NCBI RefSeq assembly: GCF_006345805.1
Contig: NC_043004.1
Coordinates: forward strand, 92,876,001-92,940,000
Direction of reading: 5' to 3'
From: Octopus sinensis
Lineage: Eukaryota
DNA length: 64,000 bases
The notes below the pieces were generated by a model. It ran no database searches, was not told where the DNA came from, and saw only the letters and a program-made list of their open reading frames with translations. Positions 51,551 through 64,000 of the stretch are shown here, piece by piece (the stretch's first letter is position 1; each line of letters starts with the position of its first letter). A program made the translations under genes and the position numbers.

Positions 51551-53734
51551 CAGCCATTAAGGTCTGACAAGACAATGTAAAGCTAAGTGCTTTATGGACA
51601 CGAAACCCTGGGTAACCCTATAATCTGGCTATAACTATCTTTATCTAAATTCTCTACTGCTCTATAATTTATATAGTGGGCTATATACACACACATAAAC
51701 ACAAACACACATACATAGGGTCAAGGGGATTGATTGAATGATTAAACAATTGATCAGTTAATTGGTTAAGTAGTCAACCAATAGACAAATAGAAAATAAA
51801 GAAGCGAAATACAATCAGTGCATGAGTTTATTATTGACATAATGACCCACCCAAATACAACAAAGTACATACATATATAAATATATATGTATGTGTGTAT
51901 GTATGTACATATATAAATATGTGTGTGTGTGTTGCAAGAAACAGCTAGATTTCTTTCCTTGGCATTTTGCATAGTTCAGCCTACACAAGTGAATGTGTGA
52001 TAAACAAAATAGAAAATTTGAAAGAAGTCTCTCTCTGAAATTAGTTTTTAAGCATAAAGTGGCAAATGGAGGTCCACCAGAATAGAATTGTAATCAAAAG
52101 GGTCCCTAAGTTGATTGTATTGAACACAGTTGAACATAAATTCATGTACAAACACAGGCACACGCAAAACACTTGTGTGTGTGTATGATAAGCTTGTAAT
52201 CAGTTTCTGCCAACCAAATTTTACTCAAAAGTCAGCTGTAGCTATATAGTAGAAGACACCTGTCCAGGTATCATACAGGTACACTGAAACCAGGTAAGAT
52301 GATTGAGATCTTGACTGATGCTTTCATCTAATTTTTAAAGGCACAGGTTGCTATAAAAGATTGATGGATTTGATGTAGACAAACAGAAAGGCAAGATCAA
52401 CATCTTTAATTAATTAGAAATCAAACTAGGTGAGGTCTTGCAGGCATTGACTGTGGTGCTTACATGTGCACTAATGTCTCCAAACAGCTGTAGGAGATTT
52501 TATTTCCACTTCATATCAGAGCACTTACTGTGAGAAATTAAAAGAATTTTTCACATACATCCATTCATGTGACACAGCTAGAGGAATTTTGCAACTTTGA
52601 GCATTATGAAATGGTAATGCTAGACTTTCGTCAATGTTACAAGCAGTTGGGTAAAAATTATTTACATTTTTTCGGCTTGAAATCTTACATTTGTTCTCAA
52701 ATTTTTTTCGAAAATTGTATTCATCTGCTGGTACTATGTAAAAAGCACTGAATTTGTTCTATAAAGTGGTTGGTGTTAGGAAGGAAAACAGCTATAAAAG
52801 TCATACCAGAGCAAACAGTGGAGCTTGACACAATATATATATATATATTTTTTTTTTTGCAATTATGCTGACTTTTGACCTCTGGAATGCAGGAATCTGT
52901 TACGGTCATTTGATCAGTAGGTCACTAAAGAATAAATACTCCAGGGTCAGCAGAGACGGATTATCTCCCTTAGACCAGTTCATCTGGGCTAAATGATGGT
53001 GGTGGAACAGGGATCTTCTGGATCTAATTGGAGAATAAGGAACCTCATGCTTGCAGCAGGTAGTGTTTGAAATGGAGTTGTAAATCTCCTGCTGAGTATT
53101 CAGTGATACAAGCTTTAGGTAGTTTCTGAGTATCCTTGTTCACTCGGCTATGTAAAGCTTGCAGTATTTGCTCCTGTTAATGTAGGATCCTGGCCACATT
53201 ATCCTTCACATGATATACAATATTATACAATATCCTTCATGTGATATTGTATGGGGTCCCTTCGTCTCTGAGGTGCCACACATGATTGGCTGGGGATGTG
53301 ACAAATCATCGTTCCAGAATTCTGAAAGAATAACTGTGCTTGTACAGGTGCAATTTGAAGGCCTATCAAACTGTGCAATCCATGCTACCATGGAAGATGG
53401 ACAATAAATGATGAGGATGGTATATATAAGATATATAATATATTTCCAAGCCGGGAAATATATCAGGTCAGCCTTATTTGATGACTTACTGACCAAATGA
53501 CCATAACGAATTCCTGCCTCCCAATGGTGAAGAGTTACATTTGTCTTTGGCTTTGGAGTCTGATGAGATGTTCATGGGAGCTAAGCCTTTTGTGGATGCA
53601 AAACCATTGGTCATGCTATCACTGGGCATAGACATAATTACATATAAATGCACATACACACACATATAGATATATGTATATCCATGACATATATATATAA
53701 ATAATGCATATAATATGCATTATTTATATATAGG

Positions 53735-53895
53735 TATAGGAGTGACTGTGTGGTAAGTAGCTTGCTTACCAACCACATGGTTCCGGGCTCAGTCCCACTG
53801 CATTGCACCTTGGGAAAGTGTCTTCTACTATAGCCTCAGGCCAACTAAAGCCTTGTGAGTGGATTTGGTAGACAGAAACTGAAAGAAGCCCATCG

Positions 53896-53929
<34 letters not shown>

Positions 53930-54150
53930 TGTGTGTGTGTGTATGTTTGTGTATCTGTGTTTGTCCACCCAACATCGCTTGACAACCGATGCTGGTGTGT
54001 TTACATCCCCATAACTTAGCGGTTCAGCAGAAGAGACCGATAGAATAAGTTCTAAACTTACAAACAATAAGTCCTGGGGTCGATTTGCTCGACTAAAGGT
54101 GGTGCTCCAGCATGGCCACAGTAAAATTACTGAAACAAGTAAAAGAGTAA
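53735..54150 (+). mobile_element. SINE family A copy
   Basis: Full-length match. Confidence 0.85.
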
Positions 54151-54251
54151 TATATATATATTATAACGTTGGATGTAATCAATTGAACCACACGTGTATT
54201 TATCGTTATGGTAAAATCTGGCGTGTGATTGAGTGGATTTCATCCAGATAG

Positions 54252-54332
54252 TTTTGGCTGAGGAGCTACAAGTGGGTTTTTTGTAAGTAAAATTACATTT
54301 AATTCATTAATAGCGAAACAATTGTCCCAAAA
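54252..54332 (+). ncRNA. Type-I hammerhead ribozyme
   Basis: TTTTGG-CTGAGGA-GCTA...TAGC-GAAA-CAATTG-TC-CCAAAA: perfect 6-bp stem I, palindromic stem III, GUC site. Confidence 0.88.
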
Positions 54333-55129
54333 TAATCTGTATTTTTGTTATTTTTTATTTGCCCTGTTCGTGTGAGCTAACAATCGTACTGACTTTCATG
54401 GGAAACATGTATTTTTGTGGTTGAAACCTTTTGGATTTTCTAGTGCTAGAATGAGCCACATAGTGACCATTCTCTTATATTTATTTATATATATATATAT
54501 ATATACATACATTGCATAAGACACCTGCTCCTAGTTTCTTATCTTTCCATTCTGCACCCTACTCAGTTGAGGAGTCTTATCTTGCAGGTACTTGGCAACC
54601 TCACTGGTACTGATACCACGTAAAAAGCATCCAGTACACTATGTTAAGTGGTTGGCATTAGAAAGGGTATCTATCTGTAGAAACCATGTTGAAACAGACA
54701 TAGAATCTGGCCCAATGCTCTGGCTTATTTGTTCTTGTTGAAGGGTCCAACTCATGCAAGTGTAGAAAAGAGGACATTAAATGATGAGGATGATCACACA
54801 CACACGTATTAAGTGGTTGGCGTTAAGAAAGACATACAACTATAGAAACCATTTCAAAACAGATGTTGGATCTCAATGAAGTCCTCTGGTTTAATGGATC
54901 CTGTCAAACTGTCCGGTCCATACTACCATGGAAGATGGACATTAAATGATGATGATGATGATGGTACATATAACCTAAATAATATATATAATAAACCAAA
55001 TGAATTATATATATATACACATTCATATATAATGCATAACACACACACACATATAAATACATATTTATATATTTATGTATATACATATATGTGTGTGTGT
55101 GTGTGTGCTTGCGTGTGTGTATTTTATTT

Positions 55130-55274
55130 CCTTCCCAACCACATGGTTCTGGGTTCAGACCCACTGCTTGGCACCTTGGGCAAATGTCTTCTACTACAGC
55201 TTTGGGCCAACAGGATTTGGTAGACAGAAATTGAAAGAATCCCGTTGTACACACACACGCATATGTATGAATAT

Positions 55275-55307
<33 letters not shown>

Positions 55308-55540
55308 GCATTCATGTATGTGTGAATGTGTGTATATGTCTTTGTATCTGTGTTTGTCCACCACCACTTGAAAACAGGTGTTAGCGTGTTTACGTCACTT
55401 ATAAGGTAGCGGTTCGACGATAAAGACCGATAGAATAAGTATCAGTCTTCAAAAAATATAATAAGTACTGGAGTCGATTTGTTCGACTAAGATTGTTCAA
55501 GGCATGGCCGCAATCTAATGACAGAAAGAAGTAAAAGATT
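55130..55540 (+). mobile_element. SINE family A copy (older), next to the candidate ARFGEF promoter
   Basis: Diverged match. Confidence 0.7.
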
Positions 55541-55559
55541 AAAGAGAGAGAGAGAGAGA

Positions 55560-55760
55560 GAGAGAGAGATACACACTGGTCGAATGGTTGTTGTTCGGCT
55601 GAAGTTCCTAATGCGTGTTTGAAATGTGAACGTGAGGGGCCGGCCGAGTCAAGCTAGACGTCATATGCTATCTCGGTGATCACGTGTCAGTGTTTATGAT
55701 GGCGGCGGAGGGTAGCAGCAGAAGAATCAGCTAGCCGGAGCTGGAGTCGGTGGGAGATAT
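55560..55760 (+). promoter_or_regulatory. Candidate ARFGEF promoter/TSS region
   Basis: Unique GC/CpG-rich island among microsatellites, with a CRE-like GACGTCA, an E-box TCACGTG and a YY1-like ATGGCGGC about 1.5 kb upstream of the ATG. Confidence 0.5.
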
Positions 55761-56193
55761 ATATACACACACACACACAGGGAAAAAAAGCCTAAAGAAA
55801 CCCCCCAAAACAATCTGCAGACACCCAACAAACATTATATAATTTATCGATATTCTGCTTAGCTTATAAATATACATATATACGCATAAATATATCCAGA
55901 TATACTGAAATATATATCACACCTACCTTTAATCTCTCTGACTCAGTTTCTTACTTTTTACCTGAACTGGATATTGTGAGTTACACGAATATATATTTCT
56001 TCTGTTAACTTTCTACCACCTACGGAAAACACCTCAGCCAGGAAGAAGACGACTGTTATTAACTATTATTGTTGTTGTCATTATTATTATCATTATCATT
56101 ATTATTATTACTACCTCTCCCACTTAGAAGCGGATATATCACATATCTATACACATATACACACATATATATACCTATATATATCTATCTATC

Positions 56194-56225
<32 letters not shown>

Positions 56226-56584
56226 ATATATATATATTTGTGTGTATGTGTAAATAGGGAGAGTGTGAAGAAGAAAACAGATAAACCGAAATTAAAAGAA
56301 AAAATTCAACTGCTGCTACTACTACTACATATTAGATTAGGGAAGAGAGGGCAAAGAGAAACGGCATATAGTTATATCTATATATTTTTATAATTCTGAG
56401 TACCTACATTAAACACGTACGTGAGTATACACATATGTACCTATTTCCTGTCCATACGCACCCGTATATAACATCTACATACGCATACCTGTAACTATCT
56501 TTCCGTACACACACACATTACATATCTATATTCTACATACCCGCATGACTGTAGATACTATATTTCTACAGAATCCCTCCGTCC

Positions 56585-56616
<32 letters not shown>

Positions 56617-56723
56617 ATATATATATATATATATATTCTACACAGGCTATACGTATATGCATTCAGTATATCAAAGCAATCACATAAGCGTATGCAAATA
56701 CAAGTAACACACCTGTATGTCTT

Positions 56724-56770
<47 letters not shown>

Positions 56771-56870
56771 TCTGTATTACCCATTCATTTTATATATACA
56801 CACCTTTTGTTCATATGTTCAACTCATTTGAACAAATTCGCATACTTAACACACCCATTCGTAAGCATAT

Positions 56871-56944
<74 letters not shown>

Positions 56945-57233
56945 CTTCTACATACAGGTTTGCAGTCTGCTGCATGTCGTCTACGTACGCAACAAGAACT
57001 ATAGGAACAAAAATACTAAATCTATCCATCCACACATTTTCCGATCGGGATCTTCCTCTTTCGTCATCATCATCATTATTCCCTTCACCACCACCACCAC
57101 CAGCAAGCCAGTTCAATGTCATAACGGCCAACACCGATGCCCAACATCTTTACACCACCAAGTACCTAGTAAGACCATTACTATTTTCATCGATGTCGTA
57201 TCTTCCCAAATATCGGCCAGCTTCTTCTGAATT

Positions 57234-57357
57234 ATGCATGATACAGAAAAAGTAAAAGCCATGTTTTTAACCCGAGCTCTTGAGAAAATCTTGGCTGACA
57301 AGGAAATCAAAAAGACATATCACACCCAGTTGAAGAAGGCCTGCGAAGTAGCACTCG
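57234..57357 (+). CDS. ARFGEF1: Brefeldin A-inhibited Arf guanine exchange factor (BIG1/BIG2, Sec71 orthologue), first coding exon ([41 protein letters not shown])
   Basis: Manual translation matches the BIG1 N-terminus ([26 protein letters not shown]). In-frame TGA at 57228 precedes the ATG; phase-1 GT donor at 57358. No later exon identified in the window. Invertebrates usually have one BIG1/2 gene, so the paralog label is nominal. Confidence 0.93.
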
Positions 57358-58281
57358 GTACGTATTGATTATTTGTTTTATTTGCGGTGCCCTTGTGGTA
57401 AATAAAGAAATCGCTATCATCATCATTATTATTATTACTCTTATTGTTGTTGTTTTACCTTTTTTACATTCTGGATTCCTATTTACCGGAGTTGATTTTT
57501 TGCCTTTCTTCCTTCCGGCGTCGATAACATCTGTGCGAGTCTATGCCCCACCCCTCAAAATTTGTGGCCTTATGCTTAATTTAGAAATAATTGTTATTAT
57601 TATCATCGTCTTTGTGGCAAATAAAGAAACGATAATGGTTTTCCTTCAGGTATTTTTTGTTCAAATTTCATCGGACCCAACTTAGCAGCTTTTCATTCTT
57701 CCGGTATTGGTAAAACACAAACACCAGACAAATACTAGTTCGATTTGCTCGACTATACCCACTCCCATAAAATGCTGTGTCTTGTTCCTGTTAAAAAGCA
57801 ACCACCACCACCACATCATCATTATTGCAATTATTAATCTCCTATATTCTAGGTTCAAATTCTGCCAGGTTCGACTTAGCCCCCTCCACTCGTCTAATCA
57901 CTGAGATAAGCCATTGAAGTGTACTGAAGTCTAACTCAGTCGATTATAAACCTCCCTCTGTAAAAGTCGTCCTTGAAATCTCCGACTCGAGTTGTAAAGC
58001 ACCGGACTAAATCCCTTACTATATTTCGTTCACGTCCCGACTGGTACGATTTCGTCTTTACTGTTGTTTAACCCCAGGTTAGCTTTTAATCGAGCAGACG
58101 TATGCTTTGAAGCATTCCATCTTATCACACCGTTATATATATATATATGTATATAATTGTGGGAATTTGGCTGTTATTTCAGCAGACCAATCGACACGTT
58201 TAAGGCTTTCTCTCCGACTCGTTTTCGTTTCTTATTTTATCTGGCTGTCATTCATTGGTACCAGTAACATTTAAATAGCTA

Positions 58282-58341
<60 letters not shown>

Positions 58342-59502
58342 CGATCCTTCGGTTTAATATATATATATATATATATATATCATTATAAACGAAGAAAAGC
58401 TGTGTGGCTCTGTAATAAATTATTGCTGGGATCGCAGACTCAGAGAGAGAGAGAGAGAGAGAGAATTATCGGAGTATTGCAGTGAAATCGACTTTACTTT
58501 TTATCCCTCGGGGGATGGTTATTAAGTCAAGTACAACGTCTGTCCCGATATTTCTGGCCTTGAAGCTATTAATATTATCGGCGGCAGTGAACTGACAAAT
58601 CAGTAGAGAGGCGGACAAAATGACTTTCGAAATTTTAACTTGGTGACTACACGTCACATAAACAATATCTTGCCTTTAATCCGACCCGGAGTCGGTGAAT
58701 TAATTCTCAGTCGTGTCAGTTTAATTGACTACACACCTTGTGTCCACTTTAGGAAATCGTTAATTACCTTTATTGTTACTTATTGCGCTTTCGTGTCAAT
58801 AAGGGTGTGAGGTCTCGATAAAAGGACCCGTGATATACCGGATCCGATGGAAGCGTTTAAACAACACGCCCCCTTTTTCTTGACGGTAAACAACCACTGT
58901 TGCAGGTGAAGAGTTGATTGGCTGAGTCACTAACGTACCTTTGCACTGTACAGTTAAGTCCCTTTACGGTCAGAGTTCGAATTCAGCTGGGTTCAATGTT
59001 TACTTTATATCCATTAGTACGATGATGGGGGAAGGGTGATAATTGTAGACGTGTAATGTGGGGTGGGCCTTCATACAAGATTGAAAGCTGTCACCTGCAT
59101 AGTTGAGGGGATTTGTGCCTATGTAAGTCATCAAAACAATTTTTATTTGGAGGCCATTTGGGGCAGTGGATGGCGGAACAGGTATCTAGTTATGGCCTTA
59201 CATTCTGAGTTCAAATCATGCAGAGGCCTATTACTTTAGGGGCTGATCACATAAGTTACAAATCGAGTAGTGGTGTTGATTTGTATAAATATTTGTGGTC
59301 TTGTTCTATATAAGAAATGATTATCATCACTTTTTTGTGAGTTTAAATCTGTAGGTTTATGGCTTGCAAAGTATTCTGAAAAATTTTATCCCCTTAGTGA
59401 AACTATGAAGCAGTTTCACTTCTGTTTGCAGACAGGCATGAATATTCCAGATTCCTTGTATCTTTCATCTTACAAAAATATCGCTTTAAATATGTATGTA
59501 GA

Positions 59503-60100
59503 CATGGCTCTGTGGTTAAGAAGCTCACTTTGCCACCATGTAATTTTGGGTTCAGTCTCACTGCACATCTTCAAGTGTTTTTCTACTATAACCTCAGGGT
59601 GACCAATGCCTTGTGAGTAAATTTGATTGCTGGCAACCTCTGCAGAAGCCCATTGTATGTATGTATGAACCGTTTGCCAGCTCCGTCTGGCACCTGTGTC
59701 GGTGGCATGTAAAAAGCACTCACTACACTCGCGGAGTGGTTGGCGTTAGGAAGGGCATCCAGCCGTAGAAACACTGCCAGATCAGACTGGGCCTGATGCA
59801 GCCTTCTGGCTTCACAGACCCCAGTTGAACCATCCAACCCATGCTAGCATGGAAAGCGGACGCTAAATGATGATGATATATATATATATGTGTGTGTATG
59901 TACATGTGTGTTTATCCCTATCCACTGTTTGACAACCAGTATTGTTTACATCCCTGTAACCTAGTGCTTTGGCAAAAGAGACCAATATAATGTATGAGAC
60001 TTAAAATAAATAACTATTGGTGTTGATGAGTTTGACTAAAATCCATCAAGGTGGTGCTCCAGCATGGCTGCAATCCAATGGCTGAAACAAGTAAAAGATA
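59503..60100 (+). mobile_element. Old SINE family A copy interrupted by a younger RTE 3' tail (59668-59876)
   Basis: SINE head and body resume on either side of the insert, which sits in the SINE's internal microsatellite. Confidence 0.75.
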
Positions 60101-60977
60101 GACGGTATATAGTGATACACATAGAGAAGTTATATTTGTATTTTTAGATGCACAACATGCTCCAGATGGACTGGCAGTTGTCTATGCCAAAGTTTTCATT
60201 ATCAACAGAGTTTCATGAAACCAAGAAAGTTACTAATGTTTTAGATAAATTACACCAAATCAAAAGTAAATTTTAATGTCTTATACAATACTTGATAAAG
60301 TTCTTTATTTGAAATATTTCTGTGTGGTGACCATCATGGCAAAGAATAGACCTAATGTGGTCAAAGGCACATGTTCCATGTGCTTCACAATGGGACTGAA
60401 CTTGAAACCATGTGGTTGGGAAGTGAACTTCTTAACCACACAACTATTATGGACATACATACTTATTAGTGACATCGCAAAGGTAGTGTCTTTACGTGGT
60501 CACTAGACCTGTTAGAAAAAGCAGCTAAATTTCCCTCGAATATCACCTTATAGAAAATGGGAACATTGGATAATATAGCCCCAGAAAAACTCTGAATAAA
60601 AATAATAGGGTGGTCATAGGTTGGAACATCTTGCATCATAAATACTGCTGACTTGGCTCTAAACATCATTATCGTCATGATCATCAGTTGTGTGTTGATG
60701 AAACAACATAGGAATCTCTACATGGTCATTTGATCTACTGTTAGGTCACCTTCAAATCGCATTCCTATCATCTTGAGAAAGCAAAGGGCATGTTGAATTA
60801 TGTAGTCTTACATACTTCCGAAAAGATGGGATTTTCATGGTGAAATTGCCTTCAGTAATAGGTCTGCTGGATCAAGTTGACCAAGAGTAAATGATAATTA
60901 CGAGTTGTGTACGTGATGGTGTGTAAATCAAATTTGGATAGATGCCCTCTTGTGCAAATCAAAGCATGCATATATCT

Positions 60978-61356
60978 TTTTTACTCTTTTACTTGTTTCA
61001 GTCAGTTGACTGCGGCCATGCTGGAGCACCGCCTTTAGTCGAGCAACTCGACCCCGGGACTTATTCTTTGTAAGCCCAGTACTTATTCTATCGGTCTCTT
61101 TTGCCGAACCGCTAAGTCACGGGGACATAAACACAGCAGCATCGGTTGTCAAGCAATGCTAGGGAGACAAACACAGACACACAAACATACATGCACATAT
61201 ACATATATATGACCGGCTTCTTTCAGTTTCTGTCTACCAAATCCACTCACAAGGCTTTGGTCGGCCAGAGGCTATAGTAGAAGACACTTGTCCAAGGTGC
61301 CACGCAGTGGGACTGAACCTGGAACCATGTGGTTGGTAAGCAAGCTACTCACCACG
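60978..61356 (-). mobile_element. SINE family A copy
   Basis: Near-consensus match. Confidence 0.85.
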
Positions 61357-62949
61357 TAGTTTTTTTTTCTTTCTCAGAATATTTTTTTTTAATGTTCACA
61401 AAAAGAGTCTGTGCTTATTTTCTTTGCAGGCCTTTTGGGATTTGCAAGACTGAAATGATATAGCTAATCCTCATTGTGCTGATTAATTACATTCCACATG
61501 CTAATCATACATAAATCAGTTCTTTTAACCTCTTTATATTGGCCAATAAAAATAAAATGTGCGTCCTGTGTCACATGATATATGGAGAATTCCTGAAAGT
61601 ACCCCATGATCAAAAATGAATTAACTTGGTTTCCAGCCACTGAACTTCAGTATATTCAGTTCCTGTGCAGTGAGGGTCAATCTAATCCTTGATTATTGTG
61701 GGGAGGAATTCTAAAGGGCTGACATTCTAGAATTTAGTGTTTAGTGTTAGTTTTGGTTGGGGGATGCAGTATGAGTGATGAGAAGTGAGCGAATCAGAAG
61801 TGTGAGTAGAATGGCATAGGACTAGTCAGCTCCAAGGATCAGAGCTCACAGTAGTAGTGCTAGGAAAAAGTAGGGAAAAGAAGCAGTTTATCTGTGATCC
61901 AGAGGAGCAATTTCATACTGAATTGATTTGGTGACCTTAAAAAAAGGAGGTAGATGATCTGTGATCCAAAGGAGTAATTTCATACCAATTAATTTGGTGA
62001 CCTTAAAAATATTTATGTAGTTAGGATGCCTGTCTCTATGTTGCAGGTGTGGGAGAAGCACTTTGTGGGTCTCACATGGGCTTCCTAGAGGCTTAGTAAT
62101 TGTTGTTGAAGTATTTTCTGTCTGTGAAGAGCAAGGCCAGTCTTTGTGGGGTAGTTTTTGCTATGTTGTGCTTGTGTTTTCAAAGGAGAGATCCTTGATC
62201 TTGGTGAGGTCAAGCATTTATAGCAACCTTTAGTGTTCTAGTTGCATGTTGTTTTGAGGTTGGGATTTTCTTGATATGTATAGAACCAATTTGTTGGGTA
62301 CTGATTGTTTAATCTCATTCAGCCTGAATAGATTTATCATTAAAGGTGTTCTAGCTATGCCCATGTTTTATCTTTTTTCCTCTATTAGTTAACATTTATA
62401 GTGTATTTTGTGTGTTCTTCCTTATTAAAGACCTTGTGAAGGTGGGTGATTTAGCTGCTGTTTGTAGCAGCTTGAGTGATTGCATAGTGGTTGCTTCATT
62501 GGCTCATAGGGTTTATTTCAACCGTTAACACCCTGAAAGGTGAGCATTAACTCTGAAGGTCTCTTCTGTACCAATGCTAAAAATTCTTACTCTATACTTA
62601 ACCTGTATTGATTTCTCTGTATGTTAGGGGGTTCAGGTTGTCCTCCCCTCTCTATTCTTTCTATACATTATTGACCTAGTTGCTGCTACAACCAACACAG
62701 TCTTATGCAGATGGCATGACTCTTCATTCCTCCTAAGTTTTGCTGATCATGCTTCATCCATATGCAACCTGTATTGATTTCATAACAAACATCTTGAGAG
62801 CGCTCTCTGTACCAGCTTTGTCTCTTTTAGCAGTAAAAATACTCTAGCACCACTCATAGAAAGAAAATACCACTGCACCCTTCTCCTCTAGACATGTGCA
62901 GCACTCAGCTAGAGCCCCCCTCTCTCCTGGTAGAAGCACTTTCTTAGCC

Positions 62950-63260
62950 TAGCTAGGACTACATCCCAAAGACTAGCCTTTCTCCGCGGAGCCAAAAGTT
63001 ATTTCAGTCCCCAATAGTCACTCACTCTACAAGGCTCAGGTGAGGTTCACAATGAAGTACTGCATCCACATGTTGGACAGTGCTGCCATATATACTGTAA
63101 ATATACAGATATCCTGCACTGCAACCAAGGAAGGACCACTCGAGTGAGTGGCATTCAATCATAAAAGGACACACTCCAGCTTCTGGATTACTAGCATGCT
63201 GTTTCCTCTTTCTGCCCTTATATTGCTGCTATAAGAGCCTCTACTGTGACTGGTATCACA
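62950..63260 (+). mobile_element. Decayed LINE RT C-terminal fragment (non-RTE clade)
   Basis: Manual reading gives YFSPQ*SLTLYKAQVRFTMKYC, resembling the LYKAQVRP.MEYC motif of LINE RTs. Confidence 0.55.
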
Positions 63261-63729
63261 TCTCCACCACTCAGGTACTGTTGACCCCATCCATCTCTCC
63301 TCCTTTTACCACACTTATTGTGTCCACTCCCACCCCACATCACCTTACATTAGCCACTCTGACCAGTCATTTCGCCCCAGAACATCACCACTTTGAAATC
63401 TCCTCCTTGCTCCTGCCTTTCCTACTGGTGTTGACCTACAGCAGTTGAAATGGTCAGCCTTACTGGTTTCAGAATACCTACGGGTGTCACAGACATTGCT
63501 TTTTCCTTTAGACTCAGCTGGTAAAAAGAAGAGAAAAAAGCCACATTACAAGAGGCATATTTGATTATCTCTTGTTTTTCTGAAGTCTATAATATCGAAC
63601 ACTTTATCAATTATCTCCAAAGAACTTTTAAAGCTAGTAAAACTTGGATCAAGCTCTGTAAAAAGGACTGTAGTAGCCCTATATTTCTGCAAAACATGAC
63701 TATCTACAGCACAATAGCAAAATTGTTTT

Positions 63730-64000
63730 GTGATACCAGTGCCAGTGGCACATTAGAGAATCATCTGAATGTGGCCGTTGCCAGCGCCGCCATGACTGGC
63801 CTCCGTGTCGGTGGCACGTAAAAAGCACCATCCGACCGTGGTCGTTTGCCAGCCCTGTCTGGCACGTAAAAATCACCCACTACACTCACGGAATGGTTGA
63901 CGTTAGGAAGGGCATCCAGCTGTAGAAACACTGCCAGATCAGACTGGGCCTGGTGCAGCCTCCTGGCTTCCCAGACCCCAGTTGAACCGTCCAACCCATG
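63730..64000 (+). mobile_element. RTE 3' UTR copy running off the window end
   Basis: Family match. Confidence 0.8.

Noticed and set aside
52900-53620. GC-balanced stretch that looks like decayed coding sequence (possible LTR integrase or a CSPP1-like exon)
   Set aside because: All frames have stops and I could not recognise a diagnostic motif; needs tblastx or profile search.
61410-61460. Strong acceptor TTTTCTTTGCAG in ARFGEF intron 1 as a candidate exon 2
   Set aside because: The phase-matched frame reads GLLGFARLK* and does not resemble the BIG1/2 continuation.

Overview
AT-rich, intron- and repeat-dense eukaryotic DNA. The SINE/LINE families, microsatellite load and gene sequences point to a mollusc, most likely an octopus; this is an inference, not a database result. 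Three protein-coding genes are supported. (1) A complete 7-exon COP9 signalosome subunit 5 gene (COPS5/CSN5) on the - strand, 47981->30033, about 362 aa, with an intact JAMM motif. (2) The first coding exon of a BIG1/BIG2-type Arf GEF (ARFGEF1/2, Sec71) on the + strand at 57234-57357, head-to-head with COPS5 and missed by the ORF track. (3) A 175-codon exon on the - strand (17358->16834) carrying an RFxV SPAK/OSR1-docking motif, possibly the N-terminus of an SLC12 cation-chloride cotransporter. The rest is three tRNA-type SINE families, RTE LINE fragments and many truncated 3' tails, Tc1/mariner relics, a MITE and Penelope-like elements (PLEs). The signal no ORF explains is a set of seven minimal type-I hammerhead ribozyme motifs with intact catalytic cores. 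All seven are on the + strand, antisense to the - strand genes, while the - strand relatives I found have broken cores. Two of them sit in a tandem duplicated hairpin that contains its own antisense arm. A pair of near-identical inverted LINE tails brackets the in-frame COPS5 exon 4. No CRISPR array, rRNA or true tRNA gene was seen. All comparisons to other species are from memory and need alignment.
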